DNA of 64,000 nucleotides from assembly GCA_913049555.1 (NCBI GenBank), contig CAJWYM010000004.1, positions 15,509 to 79,508 of the forward strand, read 5' to 3'. Shown here piece after piece: positions 19,007 to 28,374 of the stretch. The position numbers were made by a program, and so were the translations under genes. How positions within the stretch are numbered: position 1 is the stretch's first letter; every line of letters begins with the position of its first letter. Source of the DNA: an uncultured Opitutia bacterium. GTDB lineage: Bacteria; Verrucomicrobiota; Verrucomicrobiia; Opitutales; CAJWYM01. A model generated the notes under the pieces. That model made no database searches, was not told the origin of the DNA, and was given only the letters and a program-made list of their open reading frames with translations.

Positions 19007-19961
19007 ATCCTGAGAAGCCTTCAATGGTTTTGCCAGTAAGTGCATCTTGGATACCCGACTGCTTTACAAGAACTCCAATTTTGGTCAATTCTAGATCAAA
19101 AATTCGCCCCCATTTTTGATGAAATGCGATCCCATCTGCATCCTTTGAAAGAATAAACAAAAGCTCATAATCTTCCCCATCTGTAAGGGCATGTTCTAAT
19201 ACTGATTTCTTTGATTCCTGAGCCAATAAAAAACAATCCTCAGAAATTGGAAAGACTTCCAAGTTTATAGAAACCCCTATCTCCCTAGTTAAAAGGCTGT
19301 TTATATCTTTTGCAAAACCATCGGTAATATCTAGCATCGAACGAACTTCTTTTTGCTTTGAAAGCCATAGACCTTCCTCCAGCCTAGGCTTAAAATCGAG
19401 GTGCTTTGCGAGAATACTCCCCCCTAATTTTCCTGTAACATAGAGAGAGTCTCCAACAACTGCACCCTTTCTAAGAACTGGATTTTCTGCAAAACCAACC
19501 AGACTCATGTTGCCTATAAACTGCCGATCCTCTCCTCTGCAGAGGTCTCCTCCAACAATCTTGAGGTTTACATCACTCGCAGCTTTATAAACCCCCTCAA
19601 TGAAACGAATCATCCACTGCTTGCTTAACTGAGGGGATACAATTAAATTTAAAAGTGCAGTGCTCGGAACCCCTCCCATAGAAGCAACATCACTTAAATT
19701 GCGATTCACTAATTTTCTCCCAACTCTATAAGGATCGGAGTCCTCAAAAAAATGGCGACCCAAAAGAACCGAGTCGGTGGTCAAGACTGCTAAATTCTTA
19801 TTTCCCGAGAAATCAACAACTGCACAGTCATCACCAATACCCTCAGGATAACGTGGATTGACTTCTCTGAGAAACTCTTGGATCAAATCGATCATACCCA
19901 ATTCTCCCAAGAATCCGATCTGAGATTCAAAATCCTCAGACCACATATTTACTAAACCCAT
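18993..19961 (-). CDS. thiL: Thiamine-monophosphate kinase
   Basis: IGDDCAVV, NLSDVASMGG and DITDGFAKD motifs of the AIR-synthase-related fold. Confidence 0.88.
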   Translation of the reverse strand: MGLVNMWSEDFESQIGFLGELGMIDLIQEFLREVNPRYPEGIGDDCAVVDFSGNKNLAVLTTDSVLLGRHFFEDSDPYRVGRKLVNRNLSDVASMGGVPSTALLNLIVSPQLSKQWMIRFIEGVYKAASDVNLKIVGGDLCRGEDRQFIGNMSLVGFAENPVLRKGAVVGDSLYVTGKLGGSILAKHLDFKPRLEEGLWLSKQKEVRSMLDITDGFAKDINSLLTREIGVSINLEVFPISEDCFLLAQESKKSVLEHALTDGEDYELLFILSKDADGIAFHQKWGRIFDLELTKIGVLVKQSGIQDALTGKTIEGFSGYEHF

Positions 19962-20857
19962 AAATGGCTGGGATAATTTCCTTGATCCACCAAATCCAAA
20001 ATCTTAGCTTTGACTAATCCTACGTCTTCACTGTAAGTAACACCAAACCACTCGGCGTGAGTAGGAAGCACAGAAACAGAAATTTCCTTTTTTTGAATGC
20101 GATCTGTAATTACTGAGGGTAAATAAAACTCAGAGTCGAGTTCCTGACCAAAATCTTTTAGAAAGGATTCAAACGCGGACTCCAAAAAATCAAAAAATTC
20201 GGTCTCAAAGCCAAACAAATTCATAGACACAGTCTCTTTCCCTGACAAAAAGATGGGTTCATTTCCAGCGACACCTGTAATGGATCCTGACTGATCCACT
20301 ACTTCGTGGGTTTCGTTCAAAGAGACTAAATGACCCCCACTGGAAACATCACAGATCCCTCTAGAAACCGAACCGGAATCCGACAAAGTTTTCTCTAAAG
20401 TATAGCCAATCATCAAATAATCAAATTTTGTCAGAGACGACAAACCCAAAAAAGCTTTTTGAAAAGCATCTCTACCATAGAAATCATCTCCATTAATAAC
20501 AACAAAAGGTCCTTGAATACATTTCTTGGCCATTAAAACCGCTTGACCGGTACCCCAAGGTTTTGTTCTACCTGATGGAACGTTAAAACCATCAGGCAGA
20601 GCTTGAAGGTCTTGAAACACATAAATGACTCGGACTCTCTCAGCAATTCGATTGCCCAAAACTTGACGAAACTCATTTTCAATCTCTTTTCTGATAATAA
20701 AAACCACTTGGTCAAACCCTGCCACGATTGCGTCGTAAATAGAATAATCCAACAGGGTCTCTCCATGCTTTCCAAATCGAGCTAGTTGCTTCAATCCCCC
20801 AAATCGACTCCCCATTCCAGCTGCCATTACAACTAAACTCGCACCCTTATTGTCCAT
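19952..20857 (-). CDS. Sugar-phosphate nucleotidyltransferase family protein
   Basis: N-terminal VVMAAGMGSRFGGLKQL, plus KPWGTGQAV and INGDDFYG. Confidence 0.75.
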   Translation of the reverse strand: MDNKGASLVVMAAGMGSRFGGLKQLARFGKHGETLLDYSIYDAIVAGFDQVVFIIRKEIENEFRQVLGNRIAERVRVIYVFQDLQALPDGFNVPSGRTKPWGTGQAVLMAKKCIQGPFVVINGDDFYGRDAFQKAFLGLSSLTKFDYLMIGYTLEKTLSDSGSVSRGICDVSSGGHLVSLNETHEVVDQSGSITGVAGNEPIFLSGKETVSMNLFGFETEFFDFLESAFESFLKDFGQELDSEFYLPSVITDRIQKKEISVSVLPTHAEWFGVTYSEDVGLVKAKILDLVDQGNYPSHLWV

Positions 20858-20858
20858 A

Positions 20859-21398
20859 CTAAGCTTGATAGTTACAAATCTTTAGCATTGCAACAATAAC
20901 TACGCCTGTTATCGAGACATAAATCCAAATTGGATAGGTCCATCGGGCCAATTTTTTGTGAGCCGAAAACTTTTTTGAGGCTGCGAAAAATAGAGTCGTA
21001 AATATCATAGGGACCATGGCAATCGATAAAAGGATATGACTGATCAACACAAAGAAATAAATGGGTCGTATAAATCCCTCTCCCATAAATGGCGTATCCC
21101 CATGAAAATTGTGATACACAATATAACTCACTAAAAACAATCCAGAAGCGGTTGTGGCCCCTATCATGCAGATTGCATGCTTCTTTTTCTGTTCCGACTT
21201 AATGTAAAGGATTCCCAATACGATAAAGGAAGCAGCAATAGTATTTAAGGTAGAATTCAAATAAGGTAGGTATTCTACCCAACCAAAGGTGGTTTTAGTA
21301 GGTTCTTTGAAATAAATCAGCCAAAATAAGAAAGCAACCACAAGCGAACTGACAGCAAGGATGGCCGAAACTGCAGTTCTAGTTTGAATCACAATCAT
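20859..21398 (-). CDS. DUF420-family membrane protein (the family containing CtaM)
   Basis: 179 aa with four to five TM helices and conserved His residues (YHNFHG, ISHILL). 1-nt TAATG overlap with the upstream gene. The family call is from memory. Confidence 0.6.
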   Translation of the reverse strand: MIVIQTRTAVSAILAVSSLVVAFLFWLIYFKEPTKTTFGWVEYLPYLNSTLNTIAASFIVLGILYIKSEQKKKHAICMIGATTASGLFLVSYIVYHNFHGDTPFMGEGFIRPIYFFVLISHILLSIAMVPMIFTTLFFAASKKFSAHKKLARWTYPIWIYVSITGVVIVAMLKICNYQA

Positions 21399-22306
21399 TA
21401 ACCTTCAACATTTAGATTGAAGGGGATGAACAACTCTTCCCCGTTGAGCTTTACTTGGGCCCAAAGCCTGTAGTTGCCTGGGTCGAAAACATTGAAAGAA
21501 AAAGACAGATCAGGATTTGTAATGTCTTGATTGAGACTGGAGTTGAGTGGGTGTAGGTGGGCAAATCCAGATCTTTTCTCATCAAAGGCAACTAAATGAG
21601 CATAAGCACCCATAACAGGCTCAAATTTTGCATAGTATCCTTTGGATTTGAGCTTCAGCCTAAAAACTTCAGGTTGACGAACCTTCAACGTCTCATGATC
21701 AGAGGTCAATTCAAACACATGCCCTGCTACTTCACTGTTCCAGTCATAGGAATCGAAGTCTGGTTCTTCCTCTGAACCCGGTATATCTACCTTGGCGAGC
21801 AATAAGATTTTTCTGCCCGTCTCAGCAACTACAAAATCAAAAAAACCACAATAAGTACCGCTTCGTTGAGGAGTCATCTTAAACCGAAACAACCCTGGGG
21901 AACCTTCCTCTGTAGGGTGGACATGTTGGTAATCTTTGAGACTGGGATCTACCATCATGAGATGAATTTTTTCCGTATGGGTAACTCCTATATCATCTGC
22001 GATCAATAAGCCCCCAGAAATGGTTTCCAATGAAAATTCAAATTCGCACTCTTTACCTACAACTAAATCGGTTAAAGGCTTTAATTCCACTTGTATGGGA
22101 AAACGAATTTCCTCTAAATTGTAAAAATTGGTCTCATCTGGACCACAATACTCAACAACCCCGTTTTCTGTCACCTCCTCTTTGTAATGCAAAAAATTAC
22201 AGGGCTCCACAGGCATGTTTCGAATCACAAAGTACAGAGCAATACAGCCAAGGGTCAAGAGGACTACTTGTTTGTTCATTTTGCGTGTGGCGTCTCTATA
22301 ATTCAT
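21398..22306 (-). CDS. Exported protein with two tandem beta-rich repeats, each carrying an HxHP motif (putative metal-binding)
   Basis: N-terminal TM/signal (NKQVVLLTLGCIALYFVI). Repeat 1 is EKIHLMMVDPSLKDYQHVHP and repeat 2 is GAYAHLVAFDEKRSGFAHLHP. Confidence 0.6.
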   Translation of the reverse strand: MNYRDATRKMNKQVVLLTLGCIALYFVIRNMPVEPCNFLHYKEEVTENGVVEYCGPDETNFYNLEEIRFPIQVELKPLTDLVVGKECEFEFSLETISGGLLIADDIGVTHTEKIHLMMVDPSLKDYQHVHPTEEGSPGLFRFKMTPQRSGTYCGFFDFVVAETGRKILLLAKVDIPGSEEEPDFDSYDWNSEVAGHVFELTSDHETLKVRQPEVFRLKLKSKGYYAKFEPVMGAYAHLVAFDEKRSGFAHLHPLNSSLNQDITNPDLSFSFNVFDPGNYRLWAQVKLNGEELFIPFNLNVEG

Positions 22307-22312
22307 CTGGGT

Positions 22313-23143
22313 CTAAATTTCATCGGCTAGTTTCTTAATCCTAGACAAATAATCATCTGCAGACCAAAAACTGCCTGGAACTTGGTAATAAACATTTTTT
22401 TTGGGGTCGATTACTACAGTCATCATCGTATGGTAAATACCAAAGGTTTCATCATCTTTCGTCTCTATTCCATGGTGCTTTTGCATATCCTCTACAGCTT
22501 TCGTAGGACCCGTTAAAAAGTGGAAATTATTATCTTCTATACCTTTAGATTTTGCATACTCATTCAAAATTCCAGGGGTGTCATAATCTGGATCTAAAGT
22601 GATCGAAAAAACTTGGACATTTTTAATGCCCGAATCTTTAGTCATCGCCAAAAGTTTTGTAATTCTTTCGGTAGCTGCCGGACACATGTTAGGGATTCTA
22701 CATCGGGTAAAGATAAAATTAAGCAGAGTAATCTTTCCTTGCAACATAGAACTCCGGATTAGTTCTCCGCGGTGGCTGTAAAACGCAAATGTTGGCATAG
22801 GATCTTTAAATGAACGAAAAGCTTTCCGACCCATACGCTCTGTTTCGCGCCTTAGGGTGCGATTGGAATCCTTCAATATTTTTTCATCGATCCGATTGTT
22901 CGGCCAAACTCGCTCCAACATCCAATCACCGTCGCTCATAATCGAATTGGCTCGTATAAATGAACTTTCTTTTAGGTACGAAGCATCCCCTAGGCCTATC
23001 TTATAACGATTGATGGAACCCTTTACATCTAAATTCAAAAGTCGAGCCTCACGATCAATGCTTTTTATCAAACCAATTACATTCTCCCCTTGCGCAAGGA
23101 AAGTAGTAAAAAAAAGAGACAAAATGATCAAATTTAATTTCAT
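22313..23143 (-). CDS. SCO1/SenC-family thioredoxin-fold copper chaperone with an N-terminal extra domain
   Basis: Signal peptide (MKLNLIILSLFFTTFLAQG). NFIFTRCRIPNMCPA sits where SCO1 has FTxCPxxCP, and a downstream IYHTMMTVVID provides the conserved His. Confidence 0.75.
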   Translation of the reverse strand: MKLNLIILSLFFTTFLAQGENVIGLIKSIDREARLLNLDVKGSINRYKIGLGDASYLKESSFIRANSIMSDGDWMLERVWPNNRIDEKILKDSNRTLRRETERMGRKAFRSFKDPMPTFAFYSHRGELIRSSMLQGKITLLNFIFTRCRIPNMCPAATERITKLLAMTKDSGIKNVQVFSITLDPDYDTPGILNEYAKSKGIEDNNFHFLTGPTKAVEDMQKHHGIETKDDETFGIYHTMMTVVIDPKKNVYYQVPGSFWSADDYLSRIKKLADEI

Positions 23144-23229
23144 GATTAGTATTAGATAAATAAATGAGTTTGTTTTAGGGAGCTTATTCCAATGGAGGCT
23201 TTAAAACATTGGAGTATAATTGCCTCTTA

Positions 23230-23868
23230 TTACCACTCAAAATCAATCTTATCTAAAAAGGCCTTGGCAATAATCATATGTCCAGTGACATTTGGATGCA
23301 CTCGGTCCGGAGATAAGGTTTGAGTGGCTCTTTTTTCTAAATAGGAATCAAAGTTTTTTTGAATATCAATAAACATTAAATTATACTCTCCAGCTATTTT
23401 TTCGACCACTCTCCCATATTCATCCATCTTCTTTCTCATTGGCTCCTCGGTGTTCTCCTCTAGATAGAAAGGGGACATCAGAAAAACTCTCTCAGATCTT
23501 GCAACCGCCTGTTCAACAAGCTTGACCAACGAACGCTCATAGATGTCTATGGTAACTTGCATCAGGGCCGATGGGTTGTCGAATTGACGCCAAACATCAT
23601 TGATACCAATCAGAATTGAAATGTAATCGGGCTCTTGAATAACGACATCTTCATCCCAGCGTTCTTGCAAGTTAGAAACCCGGTTGCCATTGACACCCAT
23701 GTTTAAAGTTCTGAGGTTTAATTCAGGATACTGACTCTCAAGCAAAGCATGGATCAAATGGACATATCCAGAACCCAGTCCATTTCCCTCTCCTATAGGT
23801 CTAGATCGTCCACAGTCCGTGATTGAATCTCCAATAAAAAGGAGTGTTTTGTCTTTTTCTAATTGCAT
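23230..23868 (-). CDS. SGNH/GDSL-family hydrolase
   Basis: Block I is LLFIGDSITDCGR. GINDV and the DRVHPN catalytic D-x-x-H block follow. ATG at 23868; the track start at 23889 is TTG. Confidence 0.85.
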   Translation of the reverse strand: MQLEKDKTLLFIGDSITDCGRSRPIGEGNGLGSGYVHLIHALLESQYPELNLRTLNMGVNGNRVSNLQERWDEDVVIQEPDYISILIGINDVWRQFDNPSALMQVTIDIYERSLVKLVEQAVARSERVFLMSPFYLEENTEEPMRKKMDEYGRVVEKIAGEYNLMFIDIQKNFDSYLEKRATQTLSPDRVHPNVTGHMIIAKAFLDKIDFEW

Positions 23869-23921
23869 GGAAATTACTTTGTGGCTCAATAATAGGGATC
23901 ACAACAAAATTTCTTCCAAAA

Positions 23922-24281
23922 TTGAAAAATTTATTCCTATCTATCGCACTGTTCGCATTTCTGTTTTTTTTCACATTTGCAGGCTCACAAAATCCTGAAA
24001 ATTTAAATGGAAATATCCTAGAAATGAAGGTGGAAGGAATGGTTTGCGGTCATTGTGCCCAAGGAATCAAAGAGGCTCTAAAAAAAGAAAGCTTCATCTC
24101 CAATCTATTCATCAGCATAGAGCATGATCTTGTTGCCATCGAGTTAGATCCATCCCAAAAAATCAAAGAGGAAACCATTCAGAAAATACTCAAAAAAACG
24201 AATTTTTCAGCTTCTAAAATTGTAAGGAAAAATTCAGATTTCAAAGATTGGAAATTCAATTTCCTAAAAGATCACAAATAG
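23922..24281 (+). CDS. Secreted heavy-metal-associated (HMA) domain protein, CopZ-like
   Basis: MKVEGMVCGHCAQGIKEAL carries the MxCxxC motif. A TTG start at 23922 gives a good signal peptide (KNLFLSIALFAFLFFFTFAGS). The longer track ORF would overlap the divergent GDSL gene. Confidence 0.7.
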   Translation: MKNLFLSIALFAFLFFFTFAGSQNPENLNGNILEMKVEGMVCGHCAQGIKEALKKESFISNLFISIEHDLVAIELDPSQKIKEETIQKILKKTNFSASKIVRKNSDFKDWKFNFLKDHK

Positions 24282-24397
24282 GACCTTTGAAATTCTAATG
24301 AATGGAATGTTCTTTTAATACGACCCTACTAAGGAAACAATCTCTCTAATGGCGCCTTTATTCAATCCTACTACTCACTAGAATCTAATTCTCTTTT

Positions 24398-24958
24398 ATG
24401 CCTGCGATAGAAAAGCGCCATTTTGCAAATTTTACTATTTTGTATTTTAAGGTTCCAGAATCCTCCTCTCTCATTCAAGAAATTTTAGATGAATTCCAAA
24501 ATGCTCAAGAATTTCATGAATACTCCCATAAAATTGGCGGCAGATGGGAAAATACTTACACCCCAGTAAGTCTAGTTCCTTCCTCTAAAAAATTGTTCCA
24601 TGTAGCAATAAAAACAGTGAGTGCTCATTTCAATCGATCCACTCTAGTCACTCACTCTGTAACTGGAATGAAAAATGTAGGCTTTTGGTTCAATCATATG
24701 CCACCTGGAAGCAGAACGGGTCTTCATGATCACAAAAAAAACGCTTTTATGTCCGGGGTCTTTTACTTGGACGTTCCTAAGAATAGTGGCAATCTTTTCT
24801 TTCAAAATAAAACTCAGGAAGAACTAGAAATTAAAAGTGAATCAGGGAAGATGCTACTCTTTCCTCCCAGTATCAAACACCGTGTTTCTGAAAATAAAAG
24901 TTCTGGTAATAGAATCTCTTTGGCTTTCAATCTCCATACATTGCCTCTAGAGATCTAA
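24398..24958 (+). CDS. Putative 2OG-Fe(II) oxygenase-like protein (TIGR02466-like)
   Basis: LHDHKKNAFMSGVFYL...LLFPPSIKHRV...RISLAFN fits an HxD...H facial triad in a cupin/JmjC-like strand pattern. Confidence 0.55.
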   Translation: MPAIEKRHFANFTILYFKVPESSSLIQEILDEFQNAQEFHEYSHKIGGRWENTYTPVSLVPSSKKLFHVAIKTVSAHFNRSTLVTHSVTGMKNVGFWFNHMPPGSRTGLHDHKKNAFMSGVFYLDVPKNSGNLFFQNKTQEELEIKSESGKMLLFPPSIKHRVSENKSSGNRISLAFNLHTLPLEI

Positions 24959-25262
24959 GATTCTTTTCTTTCACAAAAAGACCCTCTTAATGAGATAGCA
25001 CTGGTTTTAAAAGATCCGAGCTCTTTATTATTTTTTATAATTGCTAAAAATATTCTGAAAAAACTTAACTCATGCGAGACCGCAGTCTAAGTAAAAACAC
25101 TGCCATTCTCAGATTTAAGATTTCTCAGCAATCGCTTTGCGAACTATTGAGTCTTTCGTGGATTTATTGGGTTTTACAAAAATTCAGAAGATCCAATTCA
25201 CCCGAATCATAGGCTCTTATTTCCTCTTGAAAGTTATCATTTCCAACTTATAGTTTTGTCCT

Positions 25263-26540
25263 ATGACCACTTTGGATTTAGAACAAATTGTAGTAAAAAT
25301 TGCACAAAATGCTCGTGAAGCCTCTCTGGAGCTGAACCAATTAAGCACTGAAACAAAGAATGCAATCCTTCATGATTTATCTGTGCTTGTCATAGAGAAT
25401 AAAGACGCTTTAATTTGTGAAAATCAAAAAGATATTGATAAGGCACCGGACTTCAATCTTTCAGGTGCAATGGTGGATCGATTGCGTTTTGATGACAAAA
25501 GGATTCAAGCGATGGTGGAGGGTATCCAACAAGTGATCGACCTCCCAGATCCAGTAGGCAATGTATTAGAATCCAACACTCGCCCGAATGGAATTCTTAT
25601 TGAAAAAACTCAAGTCCCGATTGGAGTCATTGGCATTATCTTTGAATCTAGACCGAATGTTACAGTGGATTGTGCCATTCTTTGTCTCAAATCTGGAAAT
25701 GCCTCTATTTTGAGAGGTGGAAAAGAAGCTTTTCATTCAAATACTTTTTTAGCCTCACTCATACAACATGCAATCGAAAGAAACGGAGCGAATCCTAAAA
25801 TGGTTCAATTGATCCCCACAACCAGTCGAGAGGCCTTCAATATTCTTTTAAAACAAGATCAATTTGTTCATGCAATTATCCCTAGAGGAGGAGAAAACCT
25901 AATCCGTTTTGTCTCTGAAAATTCTCACATACCTGTAATCAAACATTATAAAGGGGTCTGCAGCGTTTATGTGGACAAAAATGCTGATATTGAGATGGCA
26001 AAAGCCATTATAATCAATTCCAAATGTCAAAGACCTGGGGTTTGCAATGCGATTGAGAATTTGTATATTCACAAGATGATTGCTCCCTCTGCATTGCCTG
26101 AGATTGCTAATCTTTTGATCCAAAATAAAGTGCTCCTCAAAGCAGAAGAAAAAGCGTCTTTAATATTAAAGGATCAATCAATCCCGCATGAAATTGCATC
26201 GGAAATGGACTTTTATGAGGAATACTTGGATCTAATCCTATCCATCAAAATTGTTGAAAATTCAGAGGAGGCGATTCGTTGCGTAAACACTTATGGTAGC
26301 AGCCACAGTGACAGCATTGTAACCGAGGACAAGGAAACGGCTAAAAGATACCAATTAGCAATCGATACATCTACCGCCTATTGGAATGCTAGCACCCGCT
26401 TTACAGATGGTTTTGAGTTTGGGCTAGGAGCTGAAATTGGAATTTCAACGGACAAACTTCATGCCCGAGGACCGATGGGCCTAAAAGAACTTTGCACCTA
26501 CAAGTATATCATCCATGGATCGGGACAAATAAAGGCTTAA
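25263..26540 (+). CDS. proA: Gamma-glutamyl phosphate reductase
   Basis: PIGVIGIIFESRPNVTVD, NASILRGGKEA, CNAIENL and STRFTDGFEFGLGAEIGIST are ProA hallmarks. Confidence 0.93.
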   Translation: MTTLDLEQIVVKIAQNAREASLELNQLSTETKNAILHDLSVLVIENKDALICENQKDIDKAPDFNLSGAMVDRLRFDDKRIQAMVEGIQQVIDLPDPVGNVLESNTRPNGILIEKTQVPIGVIGIIFESRPNVTVDCAILCLKSGNASILRGGKEAFHSNTFLASLIQHAIERNGANPKMVQLIPTTSREAFNILLKQDQFVHAIIPRGGENLIRFVSENSHIPVIKHYKGVCSVYVDKNADIEMAKAIIINSKCQRPGVCNAIENLYIHKMIAPSALPEIANLLIQNKVLLKAEEKASLILKDQSIPHEIASEMDFYEEYLDLILSIKIVENSEEAIRCVNTYGSSHSDSIVTEDKETAKRYQLAIDTSTAYWNASTRFTDGFEFGLGAEIGISTDKLHARGPMGLKELCTYKYIIHGSGQIKA

Positions 26541-26551
26541 GTTCGATCTAT

Positions 26552-27310
26552 TCAATCTTTGTAATACACTTCCTCTAAAAACAAACCTTTCGCTGGGGCT
26601 GTTTTGACTCGTTCGGTTCTTTTTTTACTTTCAAGGATCTCCTCCAAATCTCCCCGGGTCAACTTTTCTTCTCCAACACGGATCAAAGCGCCAGTAAGAC
26701 TACGAATCATTTTATATAAAAAACTACTCCCCTCGAAATAAATTCTAATTTTAGCATGCTCCTGAATCATCTCGATTTTTTGGATGGTTTTTACAGGATT
26801 GATTCGACCTTTTTGCACTCCCTCAGAGGCCGCTGAATAAGCTGTAAAATCGTGCTTACCTAAAAAAACGGAGCTAGCCTCTTGCATTAAATCGAAATCT
26901 AAAATTGTTTTTCTTTCTCCAGTTGAAAAGTAATACCGACTATCCTCTGGAGCTGCAAAACCTCTAAAGATCTGATATACATATCTTTTTCCTATTGCGG
27001 AAAACCTAGCATGAAAATCAACAGGAACTTCAAAAAAGGAATGGATTTGAATACTATCGGGCAAAAGGGTCATCAATGCCATTTTCATGGCTTTCTCTCC
27101 ATAAGACCAATCCGCATCAAAATGAAAGACTTGTCCTCTAGCATGGGCTCCAGAATCAGTGCGGCCACTTCCAAAAATATCGATTTTTCTTTTTAGAATT
27201 TTTGATAAGGCTGCTTCTATTTTATCTTGGACTCCCCTAAAGGTCGGCTGACTTTGCCAACCATAAAAATCTGTTCCATCATAGGAGCATGTGCATTTCC
27301 ACCTTTTCAT
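26552..27310 (-). CDS. truA: tRNA pseudouridine(38-40) synthase
   Basis: MKRWKCTCSYDGTDFYGWQSQ and GSGRTDSGAHA (catalytic Asp). The ATG at 27310 lies just after the fur-family stop. Confidence 0.9.
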   Translation of the reverse strand: MKRWKCTCSYDGTDFYGWQSQPTFRGVQDKIEAALSKILKRKIDIFGSGRTDSGAHARGQVFHFDADWSYGEKAMKMALMTLLPDSIQIHSFFEVPVDFHARFSAIGKRYVYQIFRGFAAPEDSRYYFSTGERKTILDFDLMQEASSVFLGKHDFTAYSAASEGVQKGRINPVKTIQKIEMIQEHAKIRIYFEGSSFLYKMIRSLTGALIRVGEEKLTRGDLEEILESKKRTERVKTAPAKGLFLEEVYYKD

Positions 27311-27314
27311 AATT

Positions 27315-27770
27315 CTATGAAAATGACTTGTCTTCCCTCTTAGTACAAGAGTTCTTTTGGCAATTCCCATACAAGATTAATTCAACCCCTATAATATTAA
27401 AGTCTGGCTCTTCAATTTCAATTTTAGGCATACCCCCGTTCATCCAAAACACCTTTTTACAAGTTGTACATATTATGTGAGGACGCTCATGCCCTGTTAC
27501 AAATTCATAGCGCATTGGCTGGCCTGGATAATCCACTCGAGCCAATTTGGAGTCATCGATCAATGCATCAATATTTCGATAAATAGTTCTCAATCCTATG
27601 CTTGGAATCACCTCTTTGCTGAGCTTCAAAATTTCATCCACTGTAAAAGGTCGATCTGCTTGCTTTAAAATGTCCAAAATACACTTTTTTTGCCGTGTAA
27701 TCCTCGATTTTTTTGAGGAAACTGGGATTTTGGAAGACTTAAGCTGTGATTTTCTCTTCAATTTTACCAA
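27315..27770 (-). CDS. Fur-family metalloregulator (Fur/Zur/PerR type); start uncertain
   Basis: The winged-helix part is ITRQKKCILDILKQADRPFTVDEILK...GLRTIYRNIDAL. The C-terminal part has HIICTTCKKV and a second Cys pair, GNCQKNSC. There is no ATG in the N-terminal region. Candidate TTG starts are at 27830, 27770 and 27761, and the longest form overlaps thiE by 92 nt. Confidence 0.75.
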   Translation of the reverse strand: MVKLKRKSQLKSSKIPVSSKKSRITRQKKCILDILKQADRPFTVDEILKLSKEVIPSIGLRTIYRNIDALIDDSKLARVDYPGQPMRYEFVTGHERPHIICTTCKKVFWMNGGMPKIEIEEPDFNIIGVELILYGNCQKNSCTKREDKSFS

Positions 27771-28374
27771 TCGTTTGGTTGACTGCCATTTTAATATTCT
27801 GATCACACAAAATATCAGAGACAATGACAACTCCAGGAGCGCCCGCCTCTACAACCTGATGAACATTTCCTCTGTTTATTCCGCCTACAGCATAAAAGGG
27901 AATGGATGGAGACTTTGAATGAGCATATTGAACAATCTGAACACCGACAGGAGGACATTCGGGCTTCGTTTTTGAAGGAAAAACAGGCCCTATTGAAAAA
28001 TAGTCCAAGTCATCGGACAAATTAAGGATTGCGTCGATCTGTACTTGAGAAAGCGCAGATGTTCCCAAAATTCGATCTTTCCCAATGGCATCACGAGCTT
28101 CTTCAACAAAGCTTAACTGACTTATATGCAAACCCACATCTGGGTATTTTTTAGCCAACTTCCAATCAGCATTGAGAATTAAAGGGACATCCCCTGTTTC
28201 AAATATAGGAAGCAATCGATTGAGAAGTGCCTCTCGCTCTTTAGCATCCTTATTTTTGGCTCTGAATTGGATCATACCAGCACCTCCAAGGATTAAAGAT
28301 CTGCAACAAGCTTCCAGATTATCGTCTTCTATATAACCAGTATCTAAAATTCCGTAAAAAGGATACTGTTTCAT
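27739..28374 (-). CDS. thiE: Thiamine-phosphate synthase
   Basis: YGILDTGY, IQFRAKN, FSIGPVFPSKTK and YAVGGI motifs of the TMP-synthase TIM barrel. Confidence 0.88.
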   Translation of the reverse strand: MKQYPFYGILDTGYIEDDNLEACCRSLILGGAGMIQFRAKNKDAKEREALLNRLLPIFETGDVPLILNADWKLAKKYPDVGLHISQLSFVEEARDAIGKDRILGTSALSQVQIDAILNLSDDLDYFSIGPVFPSKTKPECPPVGVQIVQYAHSKSPSIPFYAVGGINRGNVHQVVEAGAPGVVIVSDILCDQNIKMAVNQTIGKIEEKITA

